NCBI GenBank assembly: GCA_016196125.1
Contig: JACPYG010000006.1
Coordinates: forward strand, 54,511-118,510
Source: Candidatus Staskawiczbacteria bacterium
GTDB taxonomy: Bacteria; Patescibacteriota; Minisyncoccia; Minisyncoccales; Staskawiczbacteraceae
Direction of reading: 5' to 3'
DNA: 64,000 bases
Below, piece by piece: positions 20,906 to 30,623 of this stretch. The notes below the pieces were generated by a model that saw only the letters and a program-made list of their open reading frames with translations, did no database searches and had not been told where the DNA came from. The position numbers were made by a program, and so were the translations under genes. Position 1 is the stretch's first letter. The number at the start of each line of letters is the position of its first letter.

Positions 20906-22408
20906 TTATAATTTAATCATAAATAATATCTCTTTTCGCTCCTCAAAAGACAAAAAAAGGTAAAAACCAAACGCAATAACCACTGCATACACAGCACCCA
21001 TTTGAACTATTGTTAAAAAAACATTTGATGGTTGAAAAACTTTAAGAGACAAACCAGATAAAATAATGGTAAAAAAATACAAACCAATATTTTTTTTAAT
21101 CGCTAAATTAAAAAAATCTTTGAAACTAACTTTCATTATTTTTAGTATCTGATACAAAGACAAAGGAAAATCAATCAAAATCATTGGAATAGTAGTTCCC
21201 AAAACAACTCCCAAAATGCCCAACGGCTTAACCAAGGCTAAGCTTAGTCCAACATTTAATAATGCGTTCAGAAAAGAAATTTTAAAAAACACCTTAACAT
21301 GACCTTTGGCTGTTGCCAAGCCGGAACCAACTTGTATCGTGCCGTTAAACAACCAGAAAGCTATTAAAAATTGAGCCGGCAAAATACTCTCGGCAAAACC
21401 CGGCCCCATCCAATTGGTAATAAAAAGTTCGGCAAAAATAATAGTAATAATAACTGCCGGAGCAAAAATCATTGTCATATACTTTGTTCCTTTAAATAAC
21501 AGTTCTTTTTGCTTACCTTGCTCATTTTTCCCTTCCAAAGAGGCGCTTGCGGAAAAAAGAGGGCCTCCAATTAAACTATTAACTGCCCTGAATCCATTTT
21601 GCAAACTATAACCTACGCCATATAGAGTAACTGCCGAAACGGAAGCAAAGGTTCCAATTACAAAACTATCAAAGTTAAATATAAGCAAAGACAATAAACT
21701 AGAAAGGAATACGAAGAAACTAAAACTAAAAATTTTCTTTGAAGTTTCTTTATCAAAATGGGGAGAAAAAATATGTATTTTTAAAATACGATGTCTCAAT
21801 ATAATATAAGAAATTATGTAGCGCGCTATAATTAAAAAATAAGATAGGGCTAAAAACCAAACCATCCCAAAATTATTTAAGAAAATAAAATAAGCAGATA
21901 TGGCAGTAAGAATTGTTATCGCTATATTATTTATTGCCAGCCAATCAAATCTTTGCAATCCATAAAGAACACCATCAAAAGTTCTGCCTGGCCAAATAAA
22001 TAACGATGCTATTGCGGCTACCCAAAAAAGTTGACGCATAATTGCTACATTAGCAGTCCCTATATTGAATATGCGGTCAAAATAAAAAGACAAAATTAGA
22101 AGAGTAACGGCAGAAATAAGTCCAACAATGATATAAAAAAATAAAGAAGAGTTTATTATTTTACTTGTTCCTTCTTTGTCGCCCCTGCCCATAAATTCGG
22201 CTATATATTTTACAACAGCAGTGCCTATGCCAAAATCAAGAACTCCAAAATATCCTATAAATGTCATTACCAATAAGTAGGCGCCATAAACTTCTTTTCC
22301 AACATGAGAAACAATGAAAGGGAATAAAACAAGCCCTACGGCAAAACTAATTCCGTAATTAATGATATTATATTTTATATTACTGCTAATGGTTCTTTTT
22401 CTAGACAT
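20906..22408 (-). CDS. wzx: Wzx/MurJ-like oligosaccharide flippase
   Basis: Many TM segments; YG....LDFGI, D..VIG, VTLY pattern. Confidence 0.85.
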   Translation of the reverse strand: MSRKRTISSNIKYNIINYGISFAVGLVLFPFIVSHVGKEVYGAYLLVMTFIGYFGVLDFGIGTAVVKYIAEFMGRGDKEGTSKIINSSLFFYIIVGLISAVTLLILSFYFDRIFNIGTANVAIMRQLFWVAAIASLFIWPGRTFDGVLYGLQRFDWLAINNIAITILTAISAYFIFLNNFGMVWFLALSYFLIIARYIISYIILRHRILKIHIFSPHFDKETSKKIFSFSFFVFLSSLLSLLIFNFDSFVIGTFASVSAVTLYGVGYSLQNGFRAVNSLIGGPLFSASASLEGKNEQGKQKELLFKGTKYMTMIFAPAVIITIIFAELFITNWMGPGFAESILPAQFLIAFWLFNGTIQVGSGLATAKGHVKVFFKISFLNALLNVGLSLALVKPLGILGVVLGTTIPMILIDFPLSLYQILKIMKVSFKDFFNLAIKKNIGLYFFTIILSGLSLKVFQPSNVFLTIVQMGAVYAVVIAFGFYLFLSFEERKEILFMIKL

Positions 22409-22418
22409 ATTTAATTTT

Positions 22419-23558
22419 TTAATCTTTATCCCAAATATTATCTTTTACCCATTCGCCTTTTTCATCCTTCCACCATACTCTTGGGTCGCGAAAAGTGTCG
22501 CAAACTCTGTCAAATTCATCTTCTGTCATATCTACATACTCAAGCCAGCGTTTCAAGTCGCTCGGTTTCACATGGTCATACTTTTTAACCATTTCAATTC
22601 CCTGTTCTCTTGTTATATATCCCCTTCTAATATCCTTAGAAGCGTGGTCAGATGCGCGCCCATAACCGAATTTAATATATTTCAAATAATCGTGCACACC
22701 ATTTTCATGCATATCGTCCAAGTTTGAGAATTTTCGGTAAGTTCTGTCAAAATTACCTTCAAACTTTTTCCACCCGTAAGTATCCATCATTAATTTTACA
22801 TGAGCATTGGCGTCCCATGGAATGAAGTTGCCGAGATAAATACCCCGCACTCCCACGTCTTCAAGTTCTTTATCGGTAGGATATTTCGCCCACAACACGT
22901 CTTGTTCTTTAATGCCTAATTTTTCGTCAATCATATCATCAAAATCATATCCTCGGCATGCATGCTCGTCACGAAATTTACGCGTCATTTCTATAAAATC
23001 ATTCATAGAATACATTCCACCCAAATCAACATAACCGTGCTCACCCCAAATAATCAAAGGTATGTTCATTTTTACCGCAACTTGTACCGGATAGGTAAAT
23101 ATTCCGCAATGATTGTGCCAATTCATATCACCCATTAAATAAAAACATTTTTTGTTTATTTTTTTAAGAAGTGTTTCACTAGGCCTGAAAATAATATGGT
23201 CTGCGTTAAATGCATGACGCATATTCTCAAGATTTTCTTCTCCAATTGGTAAAAAATTATTACCATGATAGGTAACTAATAAAGGCCTTAATCCCAACTC
23301 TTTGATTACGTAGTGAGTTTGGAAATAACTGTCTTTTCCTCCACTAACTGGAATAATACAATCATAGTTACTGTTGGTTTTATATTTTGCAACTATTTTT
23401 TTTAACATTTCCTTTCGCAAACCCCAGTCAATATTATCTGTTTGATTGAACACCCGGCACCCGCTGCAAACACCGTTTTCATCAAATATTAAAGGCACCG
23501 CCGAAGAAGACGGATAAACGCATTTTGTGCAATAAGTTGCTTTTGGAGGTCTTGTCAT
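22419..23558 (-). CDS. N-acetyl sugar amidotransferase (WbuX/PseA family)
   Basis: CxxC...CSGC, PP-loop SGGKDS, WGE, KFGYGRA. Confidence 0.9.
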   Translation of the reverse strand: MTRPPKATYCTKCVYPSSSAVPLIFDENGVCSGCRVFNQTDNIDWGLRKEMLKKIVAKYKTNSNYDCIIPVSGGKDSYFQTHYVIKELGLRPLLVTYHGNNFLPIGEENLENMRHAFNADHIIFRPSETLLKKINKKCFYLMGDMNWHNHCGIFTYPVQVAVKMNIPLIIWGEHGYVDLGGMYSMNDFIEMTRKFRDEHACRGYDFDDMIDEKLGIKEQDVLWAKYPTDKELEDVGVRGIYLGNFIPWDANAHVKLMMDTYGWKKFEGNFDRTYRKFSNLDDMHENGVHDYLKYIKFGYGRASDHASKDIRRGYITREQGIEMVKKYDHVKPSDLKRWLEYVDMTEDEFDRVCDTFRDPRVWWKDEKGEWVKDNIWDKD

Positions 23559-24373
23559 ATATTTTTTATACTAAGATTTATAATCGGACGAATATCTATA
23601 CCAGCATTTTTTAGGGTTTTTTTAGCTTCAATGACACTATTTTCGGTAAAATTAAAAATATTTCCTGCCGATACGGCGCTGGCTCCGCCCTCCTTAATTC
23701 CATCTACAAAATGTGAAAATTCTCCTACTCCTCCGCAAGCAATCACTGGTATTGATACCGCTTTGACAACCATTTTAATCAGCTTAATATCATAACCGTT
23801 TGCGCTGCCATCTCTATCTATTGAATTTAAAAAAATTTCACCCGCGCCCCTCTTCTCTACTTCTTCGGCAAAGAACACGGGATCTAAACCAGTGGGCTTT
23901 TTACCATGACTAACGTAAACTTCATATTCTTTCTTTTCATTTATTTTTACATCAATGCCAACCACAATGCATTGCCTGCCGAATGCCTTTGAAGCCTTTG
24001 TTATAAAATCAGGATTTTCGAACACCGCTGTATTTATTATCACTTTATCGGCGCCTCTTTTTAACCGTTCTCTTATATCTGCAATATTTTTTATATTGCC
24101 TCCAAAAGTAAGCGGAATAAAGCACGTTTTTGAAACTGTTTCAATAATCTGGTAAATACTATCCATGCTTTTTATTTTATGGTCATCCCTTTGTAAATCA
24201 TGGTGCTGGTCATCGCTAATATCAATGTAAATTAATTCATCGGCAGACCAAGAGTTAATTCTTTCAACTTGGGTAATCGGGTTGCCCAATACTTGGTGAT
24301 AAGAAAACTTTTCAGACCTTACCAATCTGCCATTTTTTAAAAATAAACACGGAATTAGCCTTTTTTTAAGCAT
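23555..24373 (-). CDS. HisF-like ammonia-channel subunit (WbuZ/AglZ-like)
   Basis: MLKKRLIPCL, ADEL, FGGNI, SIDRDG; lies in the glycan cluster, not a his operon. Confidence 0.85.
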   Translation of the reverse strand: MLKKRLIPCLFLKNGRLVRSEKFSYHQVLGNPITQVERINSWSADELIYIDISDDQHHDLQRDDHKIKSMDSIYQIIETVSKTCFIPLTFGGNIKNIADIRERLKRGADKVIINTAVFENPDFITKASKAFGRQCIVVGIDVKINEKKEYEVYVSHGKKPTGLDPVFFAEEVEKRGAGEIFLNSIDRDGSANGYDIKLIKMVVKAVSIPVIACGGVGEFSHFVDGIKEGGASAVSAGNIFNFTENSVIEAKKTLKNAGIDIRPIINLSIKNI

Positions 24374-24375
24374 GA

Positions 24376-24990
24376 TTAACTGATATTAGAAAATTTCCTT
24401 AATATTTCCAAACCCTCTGTTTGACTTTTTTCAGGATGAAATTGAACTGCAAATATATTCTCTTTTTGTAATATGGCAGCAAACTTAACCCCGTAATTAC
24501 ACCAACCAACCACTAAGTTTTTATCTTCAACATCCGGATAATAACTGTGAACGAAGTAAAATGTTTGCTCGGTATTGCCTCCGCTTAAAATAGGCGAAGC
24601 AAGATTGCAAACAACTTCATTCCAACCAACATGAGGAACTAATAATTTTGATTGCCCCAAATTAAATCTTACAACTTCTGCGCCAATCCAGCCTAATCCT
24701 TGAAATTCCCCTTCTTCGTAGCTTTTTTTGCATATAAGCTGCATTCCTAAGCAAATCCCTAAAAACGGTTTTTTATTTTCTATCACTTCTTTATTCAAAA
24801 CTTCTATTAAATCCAACTTTTTTAAATTTTCCATTCCATAGCCGAATGCTCCAACTCCAGGCAAAATTATTTTATCCGCTTTTTGGATTTTTTGAATATC
24901 ATTTGTTATTTCCGACTGTATTTGCAAAACATCCAATGCATTTTTCACTGAACTTAGGTTTCCAAGGCCGTAATTTATAATTGCAATCAT
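24376..24990 (-). CDS. HisH-like glutamine amidotransferase (WbuY-like)
   Basis: PGVGAF, LGICLGMQ, YFVHSY, QFHPEKS. Confidence 0.88.
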   Translation of the reverse strand: MIAIINYGLGNLSSVKNALDVLQIQSEITNDIQKIQKADKIILPGVGAFGYGMENLKKLDLIEVLNKEVIENKKPFLGICLGMQLICKKSYEEGEFQGLGWIGAEVVRFNLGQSKLLVPHVGWNEVVCNLASPILSGGNTEQTFYFVHSYYPDVEDKNLVVGWCNYGVKFAAILQKENIFAVQFHPEKSQTEGLEILRKFSNIS

Positions 24991-24994
24991 TGTA

Positions 24995-25753
24995 TTATGT
25001 ATTTTTCTGTTTTATATTTTCGTTTACTTTAATGATTTCTGGATTTTTCTCAAAAAATAATATCACATCTTTCATTGTAAAATTAGGATTTTTAGGATAC
25101 ACATTATTATAAAGAATTTTTAAAAGTTCATAATCTTCTTTTTCGTCGAGCGTCCATCTATAAAAAGAATAATCCTTATTATTTTTGATGTTTTTTGTTT
25201 TAAACAACGGTGAATTTTTTCTGATATACAGTGTCACATGCTCTTTGTCATCCTGGTTTTTAGCTAATTCAAATACTTTTTTTAAAGTATCAAAAGAAAA
25301 CACCTCAACATCCAACCCCCTAGGATATGTTCTTTCATCAAGAATATTGGAAACATAGTCAGAGTCAGAAGTTAAAAAACTATCTATTACTTTATCAATT
25401 ACTTTTGGGTCAATTAATGGGCAATCTGAAGTAATTCTAACTATAATATTGGCATTAAAATAATTTGCGGCTTTAAAATATCTGTCTAATACGTTTTGTT
25501 CAGAACCGCGGAAGACAGTAACTTTTTGGTTATTATAATCTTGAATTAGCTTCGCAATAACATCATCTTCTCTTTTGTTTGTTGTGGCGACAATAATTTC
25601 ATTAATTATTTTTGATTTTAAAACTCTTTCTACTACCCTTATTAAAACCGGCTGACCCAGAAGATCAAGCAATACTTTGCCTGGTAAACGGGTAGAACTA
25701 GTTCTCGCCTGAATAATTGCTATAATTTTTCCGTGTGATTTATGGCTTTTCAT
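24995..25753 (-). CDS. SpsF-type CMP-nonulosonate synthetase / cytidylyltransferase
   Basis: QARTSSTRLPGKVL, RGSE..VLDRY, RITSDCP, EHVT. Confidence 0.85.
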   Translation of the reverse strand: MKSHKSHGKIIAIIQARTSSTRLPGKVLLDLLGQPVLIRVVERVLKSKIINEIIVATTNKREDDVIAKLIQDYNNQKVTVFRGSEQNVLDRYFKAANYFNANIIVRITSDCPLIDPKVIDKVIDSFLTSDSDYVSNILDERTYPRGLDVEVFSFDTLKKVFELAKNQDDKEHVTLYIRKNSPLFKTKNIKNNKDYSFYRWTLDEKEDYELLKILYNNVYPKNPNFTMKDVILFFEKNPEIIKVNENIKQKNT

Positions 25754-26577
25754 GATTTTATATTTTTCTTCCTTAAAGCAGACAAGTATACGTTTTCGAG
25801 TAAAAATGCCACAGTTAAAGGACCTATTCCTCCTGGAACCGGCGTCAAAAAAGAAGCTTTTTTACTTACGCTTTCCTTATCAACATCTCCTTTTACTATG
25901 CCATCTGCATCGCGAAAAATACCAGCATCAATTAATACGACTCCTTTTTTTATATTATTTTCATTAATTAATTTTAAACAACCACAAACAGTAATTATGG
26001 CATCTGCCAATTGGATTTTTGCATTGATATTTTCTTTTGACTCTTTATTATTAATTAAATATATAAGATTAATGCCTTCTTTCTTTAAAAACTCTTTTAA
26101 AACTTGCCCAAAAATTTCTGAATTTACCAATGCCATAATTTTTTTATTTTTAAAATCATCGGCAAATGCCTGGCTTAGGGTAAATAAAATCGCCTTGGGC
26201 AATACTGGAATAAAAATTGGCGTATGAAATCCATCAACATCTTTTTTAGCATCTATTTTACCGATAATTTCATTTTCATTAAATTTTTTGGGAAGAGGCA
26301 ACTGAACAATAATTCCATCGACTCTGCTATCATTGTTTATTGCTTCAATTTTATTTATTACTTCGTCTTGGATAGAATCTTGACTAAATATGAAATCTTG
26401 TACTTCAATGCCAATTCTTTTGCCAGCTTCCTTTTTTAAATTGACATAAATCCTGCTCGCCTCATCATTGCCAACTAAAATAATAGCCAAAACAGGTTTT
26501 ACTTTTTCTAATATAATCTTGTTTTTTAAATTTTCAAGTATTGCCTGACTTACTGATTTACCGTCAAAAATATGCAT
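25750..26577 (-). CDS. folD: Methylenetetrahydrofolate dehydrogenase/cyclohydrolase
   Basis: YVNLK, GIIVQLPLP, KDVDGFH, TPVPGGIGPLTV. Confidence 0.88.
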   Translation of the reverse strand: MHIFDGKSVSQAILENLKNKIILEKVKPVLAIILVGNDEASRIYVNLKKEAGKRIGIEVQDFIFSQDSIQDEVINKIEAINNDSRVDGIIVQLPLPKKFNENEIIGKIDAKKDVDGFHTPIFIPVLPKAILFTLSQAFADDFKNKKIMALVNSEIFGQVLKEFLKKEGINLIYLINNKESKENINAKIQLADAIITVCGCLKLINENNIKKGVVLIDAGIFRDADGIVKGDVDKESVSKKASFLTPVPGGIGPLTVAFLLENVYLSALRKKNIKS

Positions 26578-26579
26578 AA

Positions 26580-27092
26580 TTATATTTTTTTTATTTTCTC
26601 AAATACATCCACAAGTGTTTGAACATATAATGGATAAAGCTCGTTGTAAACACCTATCTCATTCTGGCTTACAATTTCTTTAAAATTTTCTACAATGACC
26701 TCTCCTTCGTCAATGTCTTCTGCCATCCAATGTGCGGCAACCGAAGCTTTTTTGTTACCTTCATCTAATAGTTTTTTAATAGGATCAGCCCCCTTATATT
26801 TGTATAAACAAGGATGAAAATTAATGCACTTAAATTCTTTTAATATCCTGGACTTTATAATTTGTCTTCCATGGCAGCATAAAAATAAATCAGCTTCTAA
26901 GGTTTCTAAATAATTAACAAAATCATCTAAATTAATATTTTTTGGTTTTCTAACATTGAGGCCCATTTTTAAAGCCACTTGCTCCACAATATCGTCTACT
27001 GGCACCACGCACACCACATTATGACCCAAAGCCATAGTGGCTAATAAATTTATTAATCCGGCTTGCCTGCCGCCATAAAAAATAACTTTCAT
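26580..27092 (-). CDS. Sugar N-formyltransferase (Formyl_trans_N only)
   Basis: INFHPCLYKYKGADP, HWM..DIDEG motifs. Confidence 0.8.
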   Translation of the reverse strand: MKVIFYGGRQAGLINLLATMALGHNVVCVVPVDDIVEQVALKMGLNVRKPKNINLDDFVNYLETLEADLFLCCHGRQIIKSRILKEFKCINFHPCLYKYKGADPIKKLLDEGNKKASVAAHWMAEDIDEGEVIVENFKEIVSQNEIGVYNELYPLYVQTLVDVFEKIKKI

Positions 27093-27094
27093 AT

Positions 27095-27784
27095 TTATAT
27101 TTTCAAAAATTTATTAAAATATTCTAAACCTTCTTTAATGCTTGCTGTATCATTTTTATATTTTTTAATCTTTTCCAGTTCTAACAAAAACATTTGCCAG
27201 GCCGTTTTGCTTCGTCCGCTGGCAAGTCTTTTCCAGGGTAAATTTACAGAACACATTAAAATAACTCCATTCCACAATTGTTGTTTAGAACTTTTTACAA
27301 AGCTCAAATAAGCTCTTAAAACATGATAAGCAGAAGTAACAATAATCATTCTTTTGTAACTATTTTTTTTTGCTAATGTTACCATATGAACTGCTTGGTC
27401 TTTAGTATTAAAAGATTTATCTTCAATAATAATTGAATTTTCTAAAATACCTTTATTTATCAATTCTTTTTTCAATTCTAATAAATGCAGGTCATTTTCA
27501 TCGTTACGAGTGCCGCGACCAATTAAATCATTGTTGCCTATAATTACAATTTGAGGAGCAATGTTTTTTTTATATATATTTGCTGTTTCTTTGACACGAT
27601 CCAATCTATCGCCTTGCAATAAAACAATAATATCTGATGGCTTTAATAATTGATGAGTGATTTTATAAAAAAGCACTGTGCCATTAAAACCAAAATGGTA
27701 ATATAAGGCTATCTTTAAGAAAAAATTCAGCAAAACTTCGCTTATTGAATTATATAAATGTTTTAGCGAGAGATTAAATTCCAT
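27095..27784 (-). CDS. YdcF/DUF218 family protein
   Basis: DIIVLL.G..DR, EDKSFNT, VTSAYH.LRA. Confidence 0.8.
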   Translation of the reverse strand: MEFNLSLKHLYNSISEVLLNFFLKIALYYHFGFNGTVLFYKITHQLLKPSDIIVLLQGDRLDRVKETANIYKKNIAPQIVIIGNNDLIGRGTRNDENDLHLLELKKELINKGILENSIIIEDKSFNTKDQAVHMVTLAKKNSYKRMIIVTSAYHVLRAYLSFVKSSKQQLWNGVILMCSVNLPWKRLASGRSKTAWQMFLLELEKIKKYKNDTASIKEGLEYFNKFLKI

Positions 27785-28818
27785 GAAAGCGGTGTTCCTC
27801 GTTTAATATTGGTTTTGGCTTTTTTGCCTAGCACTTTTGGCATCTCTTTGGGAGCCAAACCAAACCCGGGCCTTATGCATTTGACATTTTTTAAGGTAAA
27901 GTTTTCGCCGGCCTTTATATCTTCAATTACAAATAATGACCTCTTAAAAACCAAATTGACTGACTCTTTTTTTCCGGAGCCATATTGCACTTTACCAATA
28001 GCTTTTTCGGCATCTCTGACTGATTTTACCAATTGTTCCAATTCCTGTGGCTCCAAAGAAAAAGCGGCGTCTGGCCCACCGTCACTCCTTTTTATGGTTA
28101 AGTGCTTCTCAATGATTTTAGCCCCCAATGCTACAGAAGTTACGGCCGCAACAATTCCCAGGCTATGGTCGGAAAGACCGACTACCACTTTAAAATTTTT
28201 TACTAAATCCGGAATAGTTGCCAAATTCATTTCTTCCAAGTTTGCCGGATAAGATGAAACACAATGTAAAACTGCCAGTTGCTTTGATCCATATTTTCTT
28301 AAAGTGGTTAGAGCCAAATTTATCTCTTCTTTGGTTGCCATTCCGCGAGAAATAATAACCGGTTTTTTTGTTTTGCCAATTTTTTTTAAAAGCTCGATGT
28401 CGCCAATTTCAAACGAGGCAACTTTATAAACTAAAACCCCCATATTTTCTAAAAAATCAACAGCCGTTTCGTCAAAGGGGGCAGAAAAAAGAATGAGTCC
28501 CTTTTTCTCGGCATATTTTTTTAACTTTGCCTGCCACTCCCATGGCGTATAGGCTGTTTTATATAATTGATAGAGCGTCTGCCCCTTCCATGCATCATTT
28601 ACATTAACTTGAAAGTACTTTCCATCAGAATCAATGGTCATGGTGTCTGGTGTGTAAGTTTGTAACTTAACTGCATCAACTCCCGCATTAGCGGCTTCAT
28701 CTATAAGTTTATAAGCACGATTAATATCCTGATTATGATTCCCCGATAATTCGGCAACAATAAAAATTGGCTGGCCGTCACCTATTAGTTTTTTCCCAAT
28801 TTTAATTTTATTTGACAT
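27763..28818 (-). CDS. pseI: Pseudaminic acid synthase
   Basis: AELSGNHN, KLQTYTPDT, TPWEW, KVASFE, GLSDH, C-terminal SAF domain. Confidence 0.92.
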   Translation of the reverse strand: MSNKIKIGKKLIGDGQPIFIVAELSGNHNQDINRAYKLIDEAANAGVDAVKLQTYTPDTMTIDSDGKYFQVNVNDAWKGQTLYQLYKTAYTPWEWQAKLKKYAEKKGLILFSAPFDETAVDFLENMGVLVYKVASFEIGDIELLKKIGKTKKPVIISRGMATKEEINLALTTLRKYGSKQLAVLHCVSSYPANLEEMNLATIPDLVKNFKVVVGLSDHSLGIVAAVTSVALGAKIIEKHLTIKRSDGGPDAAFSLEPQELEQLVKSVRDAEKAIGKVQYGSGKKESVNLVFKRSLFVIEDIKAGENFTLKNVKCIRPGFGLAPKEMPKVLGKKAKTNIKRGTPLSWNLISR

Positions 28819-28819
28819 A

Positions 28820-29476
28820 TTATTTTTTCTTTCCGCTGTTTTTCTTTAAAAGAAACATTGTATCTATATTGTCGCTTTTGAGATGTTTATACCTGCTCTC
28901 TTTTTGCAGTGCCAAATCTTTGAAATAATTTAAGTATAATTTTACGAAGTTAGTTTTCCAAAGCATATTTTTACGGCCTCGATATTCTATATCAGTATAT
29001 TTATCGGCATAATATTCAAAACCCCAAACATATTTCTTTGAACATCTGTAAATTTCTTTCATTGCTTTTTGTATATGAAGAGGAGATATATGAATGAGCA
29101 CTCCAGAAGTAAAAACCAAATCGAAATAGTTATCTTTAAAGGGAATATCAAAAGCTGATCCATAAATAATATTAATATTTTTTGTTCTTGATTTAGCAAG
29201 CTCTGCCACATCTTTGTTTATTTCTATTCCATAAAGATGCCGAAATCCCATTTTTTGAAGTAAAACTAATTGTATTCCAATATTTGAACCCACTTCTAAA
29301 ATCTTCATTGAACGGTTTAATTTACCAATAAATTCTTCATCCATTTTCATTCTCGTAATTCCGTAATTTTTTTTGTATAACTCATTTTCCGACGCTATAT
29401 TTAACATGTTTCTTGCAACATATTCTTTGCCAAATTTTTCGCTCCATATTTTCTCTTGAAAAGTATTTTTACTCAT
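28820..29476 (-). CDS. Pseudaminic acid biosynthesis-associated methyltransferase
   Basis: QE..W...FG.EY..RN, LEVGSNIG, FTSGVLIHI, YRG...LWK. Confidence 0.85.
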   Translation of the reverse strand: MSKNTFQEKIWSEKFGKEYVARNMLNIASENELYKKNYGITRMKMDEEFIGKLNRSMKILEVGSNIGIQLVLLQKMGFRHLYGIEINKDVAELAKSRTKNINIIYGSAFDIPFKDNYFDLVFTSGVLIHISPLHIQKAMKEIYRCSKKYVWGFEYYADKYTDIEYRGRKNMLWKTNFVKLYLNYFKDLALQKESRYKHLKSDNIDTMFLLKKNSGKKK

Positions 29477-30623
29477 AGCTCTTGTTTAATAATTTTTTAG
29501 TTGTGTTTATAACTCTTTCTACTTCATTATTTGTCATTTTTGGAAAAAGCGGTAAGGTAACCGCTCTTTCATAGTATTTTTCGGCAACCGGAAAATCACC
29601 TAATTTATAACCAAACTCCTTTTGATAAAAAGGATGCATATGTAATGGCATATAGTGAACCTGTGCTCCAATTCCACTTTTTTGTAACTGTTCAAAAAAC
29701 TTTCTTCTGTCTTTATCAATTAATTGTACGGTATATACATGCCAAGCCGAAATTCCTTGAAAGTTTTCTTTGGGCAATATAAGGTTTTCTGTATTTTTAA
29801 AATTATTATTATATATTTTTACAATTTCTCTTCTTCTTTTAATAAATTTATCCAGCTTTTTAAGCTGGCTTAATCCCAAAGCGCACTGAATATCGGTAAT
29901 TCTAAAATTAAAAGAAGGATTTTCTATTTCATAATACCATGCTCCTTTTTCTGGTTTTTTTACTATTCCATGACTTCTTAAAACTTTTAGTTTATCATAA
30001 AAGTTTTTATTATTAGTCAATATCATGCCACCCTCACCCGTAGTAATATGTTTAACTGGATGAAAACTAAACACAGTCATGTCGGCAAAACTGCCAACTT
30101 TCTTGCCTTTGCCCTGTGCTGAACTTGTAAAAGCATATTCAGCCCCCAACGCATGACAGGCGTCTTCAATTAACAAAATTTTGTGTTTTTTGGCAATTTT
30201 TAAAATTTGTTCATAATCACAAGGATTTCCCGCAAAATCCACTGTAACTATGGCTTTTGTTTTTTTAGTAATTTTTTTTTCTATTTCTTTTGGATCAATA
30301 TTTAAACTATCTTCTTTAATATCTGAAAAAATCGGTTTTGCCCCGCAAAAAAATATCATATTGGCAGTTGCGGCAAATGTTAATGGGGTTGTAATTACTT
30401 CATCTCCAGGTTTTATACCGGTTGCAACATAAGCCAAATATAACGCCGCTGTTCCAGAAGAAACCGCAACAGCATATTTTGCTTTACAATATTTGGCAAC
30501 AGCTTTTTCAAATTCTTCAACTTTCGAACCCTGGGTTAGCCAATCCGATTTTAAAATTTTCACAACCTCTTTAATATCATTATCATCTACCCATTGATGG
30601 CCATAGGGAATATTTTTTTTCAT
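29469..30623 (-). CDS. pseC: UDP-4-amino-4,6-dideoxy-AltNAc transaminase
   Basis: IPYGHQ, LTQG, EDACHALG, FSFHPVKHITTGEGG; carries an 8-aa insertion. Confidence 0.92.
   Translation of the reverse strand: MKKNIPYGHQWVDDNDIKEVVKILKSDWLTQGSKVEEFEKAVAKYCKAKYAVAVSSGTAALYLAYVATGIKPGDEVITTPLTFAATANMIFFCGAKPIFSDIKEDSLNIDPKEIEKKITKKTKAIVTVDFAGNPCDYEQILKIAKKHKILLIEDACHALGAEYAFTSSAQGKGKKVGSFADMTVFSFHPVKHITTGEGGMILTNNKNFYDKLKVLRSHGIVKKPEKGAWYYEIENPSFNFRITDIQCALGLSQLKKLDKFIKRRREIVKIYNNNFKNTENLILPKENFQGISAWHVYTVQLIDKDRRKFFEQLQKSGIGAQVHYMPLHMHPFYQKEFGYKLGDFPVAEKYYERAVTLPLFPKMTNNEVERVINTTKKLLNKSYE

Noticed and set aside
23555-24990. hisF/hisH as histidine biosynthesis genes
   Set aside because: They are adjacent to a WbuX/PseA amidotransferase inside a glycan cluster with no other his biosynthesis genes, so they fit the WbuYZ-type ammonia supply module.
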